NCBI GenBank assembly: GCA_017889625.1
Contig: JAGGAD010000004.1
Location: 3,443-67,442 of the forward strand
Direction: 5' to 3'
Length of the DNA stretch: 64,000 bases
Source: Bacillota bacterium
GTDB taxonomy: Bacteria > Bacillota > Negativicutes > Sporomusales > CTSoil-080
Under the pieces are notes generated by a model. That model saw only the letters and a program-made list of their open reading frames with translations, did no database searches and was not told the origin of the DNA. The translations under genes and the position numbers were made by a program. This document shows positions 38,511 through 48,328 of this stretch, one piece after another. Each line of letters begins with the position of its first letter. Within the stretch, counting starts at the first letter, position 1.

Positions 38511-40007
38511 TCAAGCACATTTATCAGCATTCTTACCGTCCAAAAGCGACCGAAACTTTTCGCCGCTAATACATTCTTGAACCAATAACACGTCAACCGT
38601 CTTCAGTAGCATTGCCTGATACTCAAGTAAGATAGTTTTTACCTTGCTTTCCATATCCCTAAAAATTGAAACAATTGCTGAGTGCAGCGCCTCTTTCGGC
38701 AAATCATCCGGTGAAATGATTCCGATTTCAGACATCCCACCATAAACAATTTTACGAGCTAAATCCGCAGCTTGCTGAAAATCACTTGCCGCCCCCGTAC
38801 TGCGATTACCTAAAACAATTTCCTCGGCGATCGCTCCAGCAAGTGCTACCGCAATTCTTGCTTGGAGAAAATCACTTGTATATAAATACATATCATCCGG
38901 CGGGGCCTGCCGAACATAACCTAAAGCCTTCCCCCGCGCAGAAACATTCACACTAGCAACCGACCCCGGCTGAACTAATTCGCTGACAACCGCATGACCA
39001 GCCTCATGGACAGCAATGCGACGCTTTTCCTCTTGTCCTGGTAATCGTTCCAGCTTTTCGCCCATAATTACCTTATCAATAGCACCAATAAGGTGCTCAT
39101 TCTTAACTTGTTTAGAGTCTTCTCTAAGAGCCATAATCGCAGCTTCGTTAACTAAACTCTCCAAATGCGCACCGGAGAAACCGAACGTAGCTTTAGCAAG
39201 CTCCTCTAGCGACACCTCTGGTGCCAACGGCTTGTTCCTCGTATGAAGATTTAAAATATGCAGCCGCCCGGCTTTATCCGGTAAATCAACTTGAACTTGA
39301 CGGTCAAACCGCCCAGGACGGAGAAGTGCCGGGTCCAGCATATCAATTCGGTTAGTAGCGCCGATTACCAATATCCGAAAATCATCAGCATCAGACATCC
39401 CATCCATCTGAACCAATAACTCATTAAGCGTCTGGTCGTATTCCAAGTGTCCCGAATTTTGCCCCCGTTTTCCACCCAATACTTCAATCTCATCAATAAA
39501 AATAACCGCACTGCTTCGGTCCTGTTTCTTCGCTAAAATTTTAGCCTGTTTAAACAACTGTCTAACCCGTTGCGCCCCAACCCCTACATACATCTCTACA
39601 AACTCCGAGCCACTTGCTGCAACAAAAGCCGAATTAGTAAATTGCGCCGCGGCCTTAGCTAACAGAGTTTTACCGGTGCCAGGCGGACCATTAAGCAGTA
39701 ACCCTTTTAGCGGCCTAATACCAAGTTCGCGAATGCCTTCGACATTAGCAATAAAATTCAAGGCCTCCAACAATTCGTTTTTCGCCACATCTTGCCCACC
39801 AATATCATCAAACGACACCATTATATTGTCTTTGGGCTTATCAAAAACCGCAAACGATTTACCGCCACTAGACCTGGCATTACCAAAATAAAACAAAATA
39901 CCCGCCATCCCAGCAATAAAGAAAACCGGCCATAAATTTACACCCTGCCATATAAAATAAATCATAATCCCACCAGCTACGCCCAAACCACACTCCAACA
40001 ACCTCAT
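38511..40007 (-). CDS. FtsH-like AAA+ zinc metalloprotease, short form without a periplasmic domain
   Basis: 498 aa.
- Two N-terminal TM helices are joined by only about 6 residues.
- Walker A is GPPGTGKT and Walker B is VIFIDEIE.
- The SRH reads ATNRIDMLDPALLRPGRFD.
- The M41 zinc motif is HEAGHAV. Confidence 0.8.
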   Translation of the reverse strand: MRLLECGLGVAGGIMIYFIWQGVNLWPVFFIAGMAGILFYFGNARSSGGKSFAVFDKPKDNIMVSFDDIGGQDVAKNELLEALNFIANVEGIRELGIRPLKGLLLNGPPGTGKTLLAKAAAQFTNSAFVAASGSEFVEMYVGVGAQRVRQLFKQAKILAKKQDRSSAVIFIDEIEVLGGKRGQNSGHLEYDQTLNELLVQMDGMSDADDFRILVIGATNRIDMLDPALLRPGRFDRQVQVDLPDKAGRLHILNLHTRNKPLAPEVSLEELAKATFGFSGAHLESLVNEAAIMALREDSKQVKNEHLIGAIDKVIMGEKLERLPGQEEKRRIAVHEAGHAVVSELVQPGSVASVNVSARGKALGYVRQAPPDDMYLYTSDFLQARIAVALAGAIAEEIVLGNRSTGAASDFQQAADLARKIVYGGMSEIGIISPDDLPKEALHSAIVSIFRDMESKVKTILLEYQAMLLKTVDVLLVQECISGEKFRSLLDGKNADKCA

Positions 40008-40546
40008 TACTTCACCTCCTGGCTGGCACCAGACCTATTTACTACCGCATATAACGCCGATTGCCCTTTGCTTAGGCCGATATAAACATATTTGTCATCT
40101 ACATATACCTTTTCTTCTACCTCACTATCCGCCGCACGAGCTTTTATTGCCTCGGCCATTGACGTGAACTTTCCGGTAACTATGGCCTCTTGCACATAAT
40201 AATGACTATCATAATATAAAGCTTCTAGCTCAGGCGATCGATGATCTTTCAAGTTAATCGTAAAAGGACGACGCCCCAAAACCTGTTTGCTGGTTTCTAC
40301 TATCTGTTTATATGTTTGTTGCAAATCGCTTACTTTACCCAGCGTAACAGTTATTACCAAACTATCGGTGTTTTTTCCAGTCTCAGCCCAAGTAACGGCC
40401 TCAATCCCCGGTATAATTTGAAGACTTTTGTCTAATGGTTTTTTAACCCCATAATTGTTCCATAGCAGTTGGCCTCCCACAAGCACTGCTACAGTAATAA
40501 ATAATGCAACTACAATCACTGTCCATCTATTGCACTTCCAAGTCAT
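40007..40546 (-). CDS. hypothetical N-terminally membrane-anchored protein, translationally coupled to the mini-FtsH
   Basis: 179 aa with a single N-terminal TM helix (WTVIVVALFITVAVLVGGQLLW). Its TAA stop overlaps the ATG of the downstream gene (TAATG), and GGAGGTG lies inside its 3' end. I recognise no family. Confidence 0.5.
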   Translation of the reverse strand: MTWKCNRWTVIVVALFITVAVLVGGQLLWNNYGVKKPLDKSLQIIPGIEAVTWAETGKNTDSLVITVTLGKVSDLQQTYKQIVETSKQVLGRRPFTINLKDHRSPELEALYYDSHYYVQEAIVTGKFTSMAEAIKARAADSEVEEKVYVDDKYVYIGLSKGQSALYAVVNRSGASQEVK

Positions 40547-40709
40547 TTTACCCCTCCCTCAGGCTAGTAAGTTAACATAATTATAGCATTCTTTATCCAA
40601 TTAGAAAACTTGTACTAATTGGTATAATCTACAGCAGTCGTTACATAATATAATCGGAGTTCCCTTAAGGCTTTATTTTTTTAGAGTACTCACATAAGGA
40701 GGTTATTAC

Positions 40710-40904
40710 TTGAACAAAGTAGCATTAATTTTGGTCATTATCGGTGCTTTTAACTGGTTGTTAGTCGGATTATTTCAATTTGATCTTGTGGCCAGTGTAT
40801 TTGGCGGACAGTCCTCACTTATTAGCCGAGCCGTATATACTTTGGTCGGACTAGCAGGGGTGTGGTCAATTTCACTGTTGTTTCACGAGCACGAACGAGC
40901 TTGA
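40710..40904 (+). CDS. DUF378 small membrane protein
   Basis: 64 aa. It has IGAFNWLLVGLFQFDLV, typical of DUF378, and a TTG start with AAGGAGG upstream. Confidence 0.7.
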   Translation: MNKVALILVIIGAFNWLLVGLFQFDLVASVFGGQSSLISRAVYTLVGLAGVWSISLLFHEHERA

Positions 40905-40922
40905 TCAAGTCCTTACTTTTAT

Positions 40923-40984
40923 TGCGCCTATTGAGAAAGGGTTGCCGCGAAAAATTTCACGGCAACCCTTTCTCAATAGGCGCA
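40923..40984. repeat. 25-bp perfect inverted repeat between convergent genes
   Basis: The arms are tgcgcctattgagaaagggttgccg (40923-40947) and cggcaaccctttctcaataggcgca (40960-40984), with a 12-nt loop. No U-tract follows on either strand. Confidence 0.8.
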
Positions 40985-41023
40985 CAAAATAATAACCTAA
41001 CCACCTTGATTTTTAACAAGTTT

Positions 41024-41770
41024 TTAAGGTTCAAATACCACAACTCCACCAGGCCTTAGAATCACCGGATCAGAATCAGCCAACACTGACGGCAATGGCC
41101 CAACATCAAGATAACTTCCCGTCAGGACAAAATAAGCCGACTGAACCTGGCTAAGGAAAAACCGATCCGTCCTATCTTTAGCAAAATTCAACCGATCTTC
41201 GCCTTTTATCCGTTGTGCTAATCTTCCTGCCTTAGAATACAATGCGCCGGACGTGTATGAAACAATAACTTGGTCTGAACAAAGAAAGTCCGCCACATAG
41301 TTGCCATCTTCATCATAGTGTGTGCCAAGAAATATTTCTGTCCCAGGATTATAACGCCATGTCTCGCGAACAAATATGACAAAGTCATCGGGTCTGTCAT
41401 AAAAAATTGGATTGTACTGACTATAAGCTATCGTAGCCAGAAGGGCAACGAAAAAATCACGTCCCCAATCACCAGCATTATCAAAAAAGCTCAGACCGCC
41501 ATGAGGTCCATTACGAAACTCGCCAGCGCCATGGCGCTGGTCCTGTCCTGGCCCTTGTCGGTCCCCATCATCGTGTCCTTGCCATGATCCAGGCTGTTGG
41601 TTATGATGACCTTGAGGTTGAGGCTTCCGCGCAGTAGTCTGATCATCGCGCCCCGGTCCTCCCTGCCCTCCCCCCGGAGCAGCAAAACTTAGCGTCGTCA
41701 AAACGTTAAAGACTACTGCACCCGTAATAACAATAGTTACCATTTTATTTTCCAATTGTTTAAAATTCAT
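41024..41770 (-). CDS. hypothetical secreted protein with G/Q/P/H/D-rich low-complexity linker
   Basis: 248 aa. It has a signal-like N-terminus (VVFNVLTTLSFAAPG) and a roughly 80-aa low-complexity region (GGGQGGPGRDDQ...QGHHNQQPGSWQGHDDGDRQGPGQDQRHG), followed by a globular C-terminal half. I recognise no family. Confidence 0.5.
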   Translation of the reverse strand: MNFKQLENKMVTIVITGAVVFNVLTTLSFAAPGGGQGGPGRDDQTTARKPQPQGHHNQQPGSWQGHDDGDRQGPGQDQRHGAGEFRNGPHGGLSFFDNAGDWGRDFFVALLATIAYSQYNPIFYDRPDDFVIFVRETWRYNPGTEIFLGTHYDEDGNYVADFLCSDQVIVSYTSGALYSKAGRLAQRIKGEDRLNFAKDRTDRFFLSQVQSAYFVLTGSYLDVGPLPSVLADSDPVILRPGGVVVFEP

Positions 41771-41855
41771 CCTACCTCCTCAATCCAAACCCTATTCTTT
41801 ACATTATATTTTTGTAAACATCTATTTATTACTACAACATATTACAAATTATTCT

Positions 41856-41901
41856 AAAAAGAGGGTCTTACTGAAGCCATAACGCTTCATTAAGACCCTC
41901 T
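41856..41901 (-). terminator. intrinsic terminator downstream of pgeF
   Basis: An 11-bp stem agagggtctta/taagaccctct, followed by TTTTT on the minus strand. Confidence 0.65.
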
Positions 41902-41913
41902 TTGATAGTTTCC

Positions 41914-42717
41914 TTATAACGCAATAATAGCACCAATCCTGCCAGTACGGCCCTTTCCCGCCCGGTAAGAATAAAATAATTGAGTATTACAATTGGTACA
42001 CACGCCACTAATAATAATATTCTCAGGCTGCACACCAATATCGGTGAGCTGACGGCGGTTAGTTTCCCATAAATCAAGCAGCCAGCGATCACCACGTGGA
42101 ACGATAACCTCCTGCCACCAGCTAAAAGACTGCTCTAAGGCGCTTGTTACAGTCTGATCAACTTCATAACAGCACGCCCCTATTGAAGGAGCAATGGCCG
42201 CCAAACACTCCCCAGTCCGTGTTCCAAATTGTTCCTGCATTGTTTTAATAGTTTTCTGGGCAATTTTAGCAACAGTCCCCCGCCAACCGGCATGACTAAC
42301 TGCTGCCACCTGATGCACCGGATCATACAATAGCACCGGAACACAATCAGCAAAAGAAAGCATGATCGGCACCCCTTTTGCCGCGGTAACCAGTGCATCT
42401 GTTTCCGGAATCAACGTCACCTCCCCAACCTTTACATCCTTTTCTTCAACCACATAAACCCGATCACCATGCACCTGACCAGCAGTCACTAAACGATCCA
42501 CATCCACGCCTACCGCTTCACAAAACAACCGGCGATTAGCCTTTACCACTTCTGGATCATCCCCGGTAGAAAGGCCAAGATTAAGTGATTCAAACGGGGC
42601 TTTACTCCTCCCCCCTAAGCGGCTGGATACACCATGTTTAATATTTAACTCATCAAGATGCTTGAAAGTACCAAACCAGACCCCATTATCATGCCGTTTA
42701 ACGCTAAAGTCTTTCAT
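41914..42717 (-). CDS. pgeF: peptidoglycan editing factor PgeF (YfiH / laccase-domain, DUF152)
   Basis: It has HG.R, DALVT, FADCVP and HAGWRGT motifs. I trimmed the start to ATG 42717 (AAGGAG upstream). Confidence 0.8.
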   Translation of the reverse strand: MKDFSVKRHDNGVWFGTFKHLDELNIKHGVSSRLGGRSKAPFESLNLGLSTGDDPEVVKANRRLFCEAVGVDVDRLVTAGQVHGDRVYVVEEKDVKVGEVTLIPETDALVTAAKGVPIMLSFADCVPVLLYDPVHQVAAVSHAGWRGTVAKIAQKTIKTMQEQFGTRTGECLAAIAPSIGACCYEVDQTVTSALEQSFSWWQEVIVPRGDRWLLDLWETNRRQLTDIGVQPENIIISGVCTNCNTQLFYSYRAGKGRTGRIGAIIAL

Positions 42718-42735
42718 ACTTTTCTCCTTCACTAA

Positions 42736-44466
42736 TTAACTACAAACACCGCAGCGCTTACACCCTGTCTGACAGACTGCCGTAGCCTTTTCTTCTGCCG
42801 CATTACGATACTCTTGCTTTAAATAATTCTCATTCAAACCAATATCAATCACTTGCCAAGGAAAAACCTCATCAAGGTCACGTTTACGATACAGATAAAG
42901 GTCTGGATCAATTTCATTTTCCTTTAACGCCTGCCGCCAGGCCTTACTGCCACCACGCTGTTGTGCAGCCAACAGTACGGCCCCCAGCCTGCGGTCACCT
43001 CTAGCCAATACCCCTTGCACATAAGCCTCACGCGGTGATTCAATAAGCACTTCTATCCCTTTATTGCCGCGGAACGCCGCCTGTATTTTTTTTAGCCTTT
43101 TTTCAACCACTGCACTATCAGTCATCGCCACCCATTGAAAAGGAGTAAAAGGTTTGGGAATAAACGGATTAATACTTAACGTCAATTTCCCCTTACTACC
43201 TAAACGCTCCATTTGCTGCTTCACGGCAACCGTCATTGTAATAATCTGCTCTATATCAGCCTCAACTTCATAAGGCAAGCCCACCATTATGTATAACCTG
43301 ATATTAGGAATACCCGCTTCAATAGCCATCGCAACCGCCTGCGCCAAATGCTGCTCAGTTATCCCTTTATTAACAACCCTGCGCAAACGATCACTGGCCG
43401 CCTCAGGGGCCAGCGTCAAGGTTTTATGACCACTTATCGCCAATGCCTTAGCCAAAGTCGCTGTCAACGAATCAGCTCGCAGCGACGCTACCGATAACTT
43501 CATCCCCTGACTAAGAATATATTCACACAATTTATCAATTTCCGGATAATCAGAAATAGCCGCCCCCACCAGCCCAACTTTATTTCGATACTCCGCCGCA
43601 TCTTTAACTGCCGCTACAACCTTATCATACGATCTGGCCCGAGGCCGCCGAAAACAATAGCCCGCCATACAAAATCGGCAATGCCTCCCACACCCCCGTG
43701 AAATCTCAATCAAATACATACCATTAAATTCAGTATCATCAGTAACAATAACCGTCTGGCCAGCATAATCATCCAAATCTTTTATCCAGCGGCGGCTTAC
43801 CCGCGCCGCAACATCAGCCAACCGCTTATAGCCAGTTAACTGGCTGCTAGCATCATATTCTGGCTGGTAAAACCGCGGAACATACACCCCTGAAATTCCA
43901 GCGATACTCAATAATAGTTCTTGCCTGGATAACCCGTCTTGACGCCCTTTATAATATACATCCAAAAACTCATTAATTACTTCTTCACCTTCACCAATAA
44001 TTGCGGCATCAATAAAGTCTGCTAAAGGTTCCGGATTAAAAGTAGCACAAGGACCACCGATAATAACCAGCGGATAATTATCATCCCTTTCAGCGGCAAG
44101 CAACGGGATTCTCCCCAAAGCCAACATATTTAATAAATTAAAATAATCCATTTCAAAAGATACCGCAAAAGCTACCAATTCAAACTCATGTACTGGTCGC
44201 TGGGTCTCTAATGTCATCAACGGCGTATTCGTCCTGCTATACTCCTCGGCCATTTTCTTATCAGGCAAAAATAACCGTTCACAGGCAGTATCGCCCCGTC
44301 GATTGATTTCTTGATAAATAATCTGAAATCCCAAATTTGACATTCCAACATTATACGTATTGGGATAAGCTAAAACAAATCCCTGGCGGCTTCCGGGCGC
44401 ATAAACTAATGTCCCAGCCTCCTCAGCTACTATCTTTTGCAGTTTATCCTTCAATTGCCAGGACAT
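42736..44466 (-). CDS. B12-binding-domain radical SAM protein (TIGR03960-like)
   Basis: 576 aa. It has a radical SAM cluster motif C..C..C (CGRHCRFC) and an N-terminus YPNTYNVGMSNLGFQIIY typical of this family. Confidence 0.7.
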   Translation of the reverse strand: MSWQLKDKLQKIVAEEAGTLVYAPGSRQGFVLAYPNTYNVGMSNLGFQIIYQEINRRGDTACERLFLPDKKMAEEYSRTNTPLMTLETQRPVHEFELVAFAVSFEMDYFNLLNMLALGRIPLLAAERDDNYPLVIIGGPCATFNPEPLADFIDAAIIGEGEEVINEFLDVYYKGRQDGLSRQELLLSIAGISGVYVPRFYQPEYDASSQLTGYKRLADVAARVSRRWIKDLDDYAGQTVIVTDDTEFNGMYLIEISRGCGRHCRFCMAGYCFRRPRARSYDKVVAAVKDAAEYRNKVGLVGAAISDYPEIDKLCEYILSQGMKLSVASLRADSLTATLAKALAISGHKTLTLAPEAASDRLRRVVNKGITEQHLAQAVAMAIEAGIPNIRLYIMVGLPYEVEADIEQIITMTVAVKQQMERLGSKGKLTLSINPFIPKPFTPFQWVAMTDSAVVEKRLKKIQAAFRGNKGIEVLIESPREAYVQGVLARGDRRLGAVLLAAQQRGGSKAWRQALKENEIDPDLYLYRKRDLDEVFPWQVIDIGLNENYLKQEYRNAAEEKATAVCQTGCKRCGVCS

Positions 44467-44642
44467 AAAGCCTCACATCTCCACATCTCAAGTTACTACA
44501 ATTATCTTGGGGCTGTTTACTATTTACATACAACCCTATTTTCCCCTTCTTATTGCTAATTCACCACTCTATCGAGAAAAAAAGACAACTCACATCATGC
44601 GAGCTGCCAAATCCTCACTTTTCAACTACATCAATCTAAAAA

Positions 44643-45173
44643 TCAAATACCATTATCAGTTTCGGTAGGTGACCACAACACGGCATGTCCAGACACTAAT
44701 GATTTTTTCACATCAACAAGCCGTTGATTACGCGAGCCACGAAACGCAAGGCTAATATCCCGTTCTGCTTCCAAATACGGACCATCAACTAATAAATCCG
44801 TATGCTTCAACAGCCGTTCAACCGCTTTATCACTAGCAGCCATCACCAATAACTTTTCAAAAGTATAACCAGAATAAGTAACAATATTCAAATTAAAGGC
44901 TTTGGTCTGTTCAGCGATAATCGTTAACGGCTCCGGCTGAAGGAACGGCTCACCGCCAGAAAAAGTAATCCCGCGAATCAGCTTGGCGTTAGCAATTTCA
45001 GCCAGCAAAGCTTCCGTAGTTGTCACCGTTCCTTGCGCCGGATCATGAGTTTTAGGGTTATGACAACCCACGCAGTTATGAGGGCAACCTTGAGTAAAAA
45101 TAACAAATCTTATCCCTGGTCCATCGACAACACTCTCTTTAACTGTACCGGCAATTTTCAGTTTCATAACCAT
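44643..45173 (-). CDS. nrdG: anaerobic ribonucleoside-triphosphate reductase activating protein
   Basis: It has DGPGIR...F.QGC.H.C.GC.N and sits downstream of nrdD. Confidence 0.85.
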   Translation of the reverse strand: MVMKLKIAGTVKESVVDGPGIRFVIFTQGCPHNCVGCHNPKTHDPAQGTVTTTEALLAEIANAKLIRGITFSGGEPFLQPEPLTIIAEQTKAFNLNIVTYSGYTFEKLLVMAASDKAVERLLKHTDLLVDGPYLEAERDISLAFRGSRNQRLVDVKKSLVSGHAVLWSPTETDNGI

Positions 45174-45263
45174 TCCCTCTTACATAGCAAAATCAAGCAT
45201 GATTCGTCCATTTTTTAAGTTTCTCGCACGTTGTGCATCGTTACGACGATCAACAATAATCAA

Positions 45264-47210
45264 CTACTCGATAATCTTACGCACCCGTCGAATTGACGAA
45301 GTACCGCAGGACGGACATTGATCCGTATCAATTATCCCCATTTGCCCGCAAGCATCGCAAAAATCAATAGGGAAATTTATTCCAGCATATCCAATATCGC
45401 ATTTACCCATATACCGAATCATATCCTCGACCGCACTTAAATTATTTATCGGTGGCGATGCAAATTCGACATAACTGATATGCCCAGCGTTGGCATACTT
45501 ATGGTACACCCCTTCAATCCGCAGTTTATCAAAAAACGATATTGGATAACTAACTGGTACGTGGAACGAGTTCGTATAATACTCCTTATCAGTTACCCCC
45601 GGAATAAGACCGTATTCCTTGCGATCTAAACGCAAAAAGCGACCAGACAAGCCTTCAGCCGGCGTAGCCAACAGCGTATAGTTTAAATCATAACGTTCAG
45701 CCGCCTTATCCACCTTATTCCGCATAAACGCAACAATTTCCTCACCCAAAACCTGAGCCTCATCACTCTCACCATGATGCTCCCCCGTCAACGCCACCAA
45801 CGACTCGGCCAAACCAATAAATCCAACTGAAAGTGTTCCATGCTTAATCACATCTTCAATAACATCATTAGGCTCTAGTTTTTCTGACTCAAGATACAAT
45901 CCTTGCCCCATCAAAAACGGCATATCTTTAACCTTAAGCTGGGATTGCACTTGATATCGATGATAAAGTTGTTCCACTGTAAGATCAATAACTTCATCTA
46001 ATTTATGATAAAACTTCATCAAATTACGTTCGGCTTTAATAGCCAAACGCGGCAAATTAATGGTTGTAAAACTCAGATTGCCACGCCCATCTGTTACCTC
46101 TGGTCCACGCCGGTTAGCCATTGTCCTAGTACGACACCCCATATAGCCTACCTGATCACCATAAGGCTTATTAAACGACGCATCCATAAAGCTAAACGTC
46201 GGATTAAGCCTTCGCGCCGCCACCCGGATCGCCAACTTAAACAAGTCATAATTTGGATCACTAGGATTTAAATTTATTCCTTCTTTAATCCTAAAAATGA
46301 TATTCGGAAAAATCGGATTTTCCCCACGTCCCAGGCCTTTCTCATAAGCCAGTAGTACATTCCTGGTTACCATCCGCCCAGCCGGAGTAGTATCAGTCCC
46401 CAAATTCAAACTAGAAAACGGCACTTGAGCTCCGGCCCGGCTGTGCATACTGTTGAGATTATAAATCAAAGCCTCCATCGCCTGAAAAACTTCTTCCTCA
46501 TCAGCATCCTTCATGAACGGAGCCATATCCCGGTCAAAAAACGCAAAAGACTGTCCACCATGCATATCATTTTGCGAACTCTGCAAAATGATTGCCGCTA
46601 ACGCAGTAGCCGACGCCGGTCGCTTGGGCGACCTAATAAAACCATGTCCATTATTAAATCCGCTCTTCAGCAATTTTCCCAACGGTATTTGTATGCATGT
46701 CAAAGTTTTACCATAAAAATCAAGATCATGGATATGTAAATCGCCTCGTTTATGAGCCATCGCCATATTCTCAGGAATTAACCGGTTCAAATAATATGCC
46801 TTACTGGCAGCACTGGCAATCTGCAGCATTTTAGCTGAAGGTGAATTAGAAACATTAGCGTTCTCCCGGCTGGTCTCCACCAGAATCTCGCCAACAGCGT
46901 CCATCAAATCTGACTTAGCCTCACGGATCTTAGTCCGTTGATTCCGATATATAATATAGGCCTTGGCAGTTTTTGCATGACCTTTTTCAATCAGCATTTT
47001 TTCCACCGCGTCCTGAACATCTTCAACACTCACTACCCCGCTATTATACTTTTGCTTCAGGTAACGCAGAACATCCAGAGTCAATTCCATCGCCATCTGC
47101 TTGTCCGCACCACCTACCGCCTTAGCAGCTTTAAAAATGGCTTCCGTTATTTTAGCTTCATCGAAATCTACTTCTCGTCCATCCCGCTTTTTGATTTTAA
47201 TCACCATCAA
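45264..47210 (-). CDS. nrdD: anaerobic ribonucleoside-triphosphate reductase
   Basis: 648 aa. It has an ATP-cone N-terminus (VIKRDGREVDFD..KI) and a C-terminal zinc ribbon C..C...C..C. Confidence 0.9.
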   Translation of the reverse strand: MMVIKIKKRDGREVDFDEAKITEAIFKAAKAVGGADKQMAMELTLDVLRYLKQKYNSGVVSVEDVQDAVEKMLIEKGHAKTAKAYIIYRNQRTKIREAKSDLMDAVGEILVETSRENANVSNSPSAKMLQIASAASKAYYLNRLIPENMAMAHKRGDLHIHDLDFYGKTLTCIQIPLGKLLKSGFNNGHGFIRSPKRPASATALAAIILQSSQNDMHGGQSFAFFDRDMAPFMKDADEEEVFQAMEALIYNLNSMHSRAGAQVPFSSLNLGTDTTPAGRMVTRNVLLAYEKGLGRGENPIFPNIIFRIKEGINLNPSDPNYDLFKLAIRVAARRLNPTFSFMDASFNKPYGDQVGYMGCRTRTMANRRGPEVTDGRGNLSFTTINLPRLAIKAERNLMKFYHKLDEVIDLTVEQLYHRYQVQSQLKVKDMPFLMGQGLYLESEKLEPNDVIEDVIKHGTLSVGFIGLAESLVALTGEHHGESDEAQVLGEEIVAFMRNKVDKAAERYDLNYTLLATPAEGLSGRFLRLDRKEYGLIPGVTDKEYYTNSFHVPVSYPISFFDKLRIEGVYHKYANAGHISYVEFASPPINNLSAVEDMIRYMGKCDIGYAGINFPIDFCDACGQMGIIDTDQCPSCGTSSIRRVRKIIE

Positions 47211-47230
47211 AATCCCCCACCTTTGAACTA

Positions 47231-47698
47231 TTATTCAGCCTTTGTTTGCGCTTTCATTAAGGTTTCCAATTCTTGCATAAAAGTATTAAGATCAGTGAAC
47301 TGACGGTAAACTGAAGCAAACCGCACATACGCCACTTGATCCACATCCTTTAGATACCGGCTTACAATATCGCCAATAGTACGGGAAGACACTTCCCGCT
47401 CCATTAAATTGCGCACTTCCTTTTCAACTTTATCTGCAACATTTTCCATAACAGTAACCGAGATAGGACGCTTTTCGCAGGCTCTAATTAACCCATTAAG
47501 CATCTTTGCCTTATCAAAAATCTCACGCCGACCATCCTTTTTGATTACCATCAAAGGTATTTCTTCTACAACCTCATAAGTAGTAAATCGTCGCGTACAC
47601 TGTAGGCATTCGCGTCGCCGCCGAATTGAATTTCCTTCCTCAGCGGCCCGCGAATCAATTACCTTGCTTTCGGCATAACTGCAAAACGGACACCGCAT
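47231..47698 (-). CDS. nrdR: transcriptional repressor NrdR
   Basis: 155 aa. It has MRCPFC....KVIDSR, a zinc ribbon and an ATP-cone. Confidence 0.95.
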   Translation of the reverse strand: MRCPFCSYAESKVIDSRAAEEGNSIRRRRECLQCTRRFTTYEVVEEIPLMVIKKDGRREIFDKAKMLNGLIRACEKRPISVTVMENVADKVEKEVRNLMEREVSSRTIGDIVSRYLKDVDQVAYVRFASVYRQFTDLNTFMQELETLMKAQTKAE

Positions 47699-47771
47699 GT
47701 CCTATTTCCTCCCCCGCCACCTATTTCCTTGCATCATACGCAACAAGGAATACCGTCGCTGAACCTCACTT

Positions 47772-47821
47772 ATAATACCATATATTGTACCTTTTAAGCA
47801 ATACTACTCCACATGTTGTAT
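47772..47821 (-). promoter_or_regulatory. nrdR-nrdDG promoter with two NrdR boxes
   Basis: Two boxes, ataccatatattgtac (47775-47790) and actccacatgttgtat (47806-47821), match the palindromic NrdR-box consensus acaCwAtATaTwGtgt at 12/16 and 11/16 positions. They start 31 bp apart. The proximal box lies in the spacer of a TTGCTT-N18-TATTAT promoter (minus strand, 47801..47772). Confidence 0.55.
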
Positions 47822-47887
47822 AAATCCTTCTAGAAAATTTATTTTTCCACAAAAAAAAACTTGGCTACACCAAGTCTAATCTGAGTT

Positions 47888-48163
47888 TTAATCAGCAACT
47901 GGTTTTAGATCAGAAACTGATGGGCTTTCCACCAAAATACAATCAACCCCAATTTTATTAATTTTATCCCAGGGTATAACAATATCTTCATTTCGCCCAA
48001 ACAGCCCCAAAAAACGTCCTGGTCCTGGTACTACGATAGCCGTAAGCCTGCCGGTTGAAATATCAATCTCTATATCCATAATCCCCCCCAACTGCTTACC
48101 GTCAATAATATTAACCACCATCTTAGACTTCAAGTCGCTTACACATATTGCAACGTTTTTCAT
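47888..48163 (-). CDS. YlmC/YmxH family sporulation protein (PRC-barrel)
   Basis: It has VVNIIDGKQLGGIMDIEID...G.L.AIVVPG. I trimmed the start to ATG 48163 (GGAGGTG upstream). Confidence 0.7.
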   Translation of the reverse strand: MKNVAICVSDLKSKMVVNIIDGKQLGGIMDIEIDISTGRLTAIVVPGPGRFLGLFGRNEDIVIPWDKINKIGVDCILVESPSVSDLKPVAD

Positions 48164-48328
48164 ATTGCACACCTCCACTAATAGATATGTGCACCAAACT
48201 ATAATCATGATGGCAACCGCAAGAACCGTTTTAATTAACTTTTTAGTCCACAAATTTGCAATCAGCCATATTAATAATTAGAGACAAGACTCCAGCTTAA
48301 CTATGGGCTTAATAGCGCATAGCTAAAA

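Noticed and set aside
41218-41685. Three alternative-frame ORFs inside the 41024-41770 gene
   Set aside because: They are by-products of the low-complexity G/Q/H/D-coding repeats.
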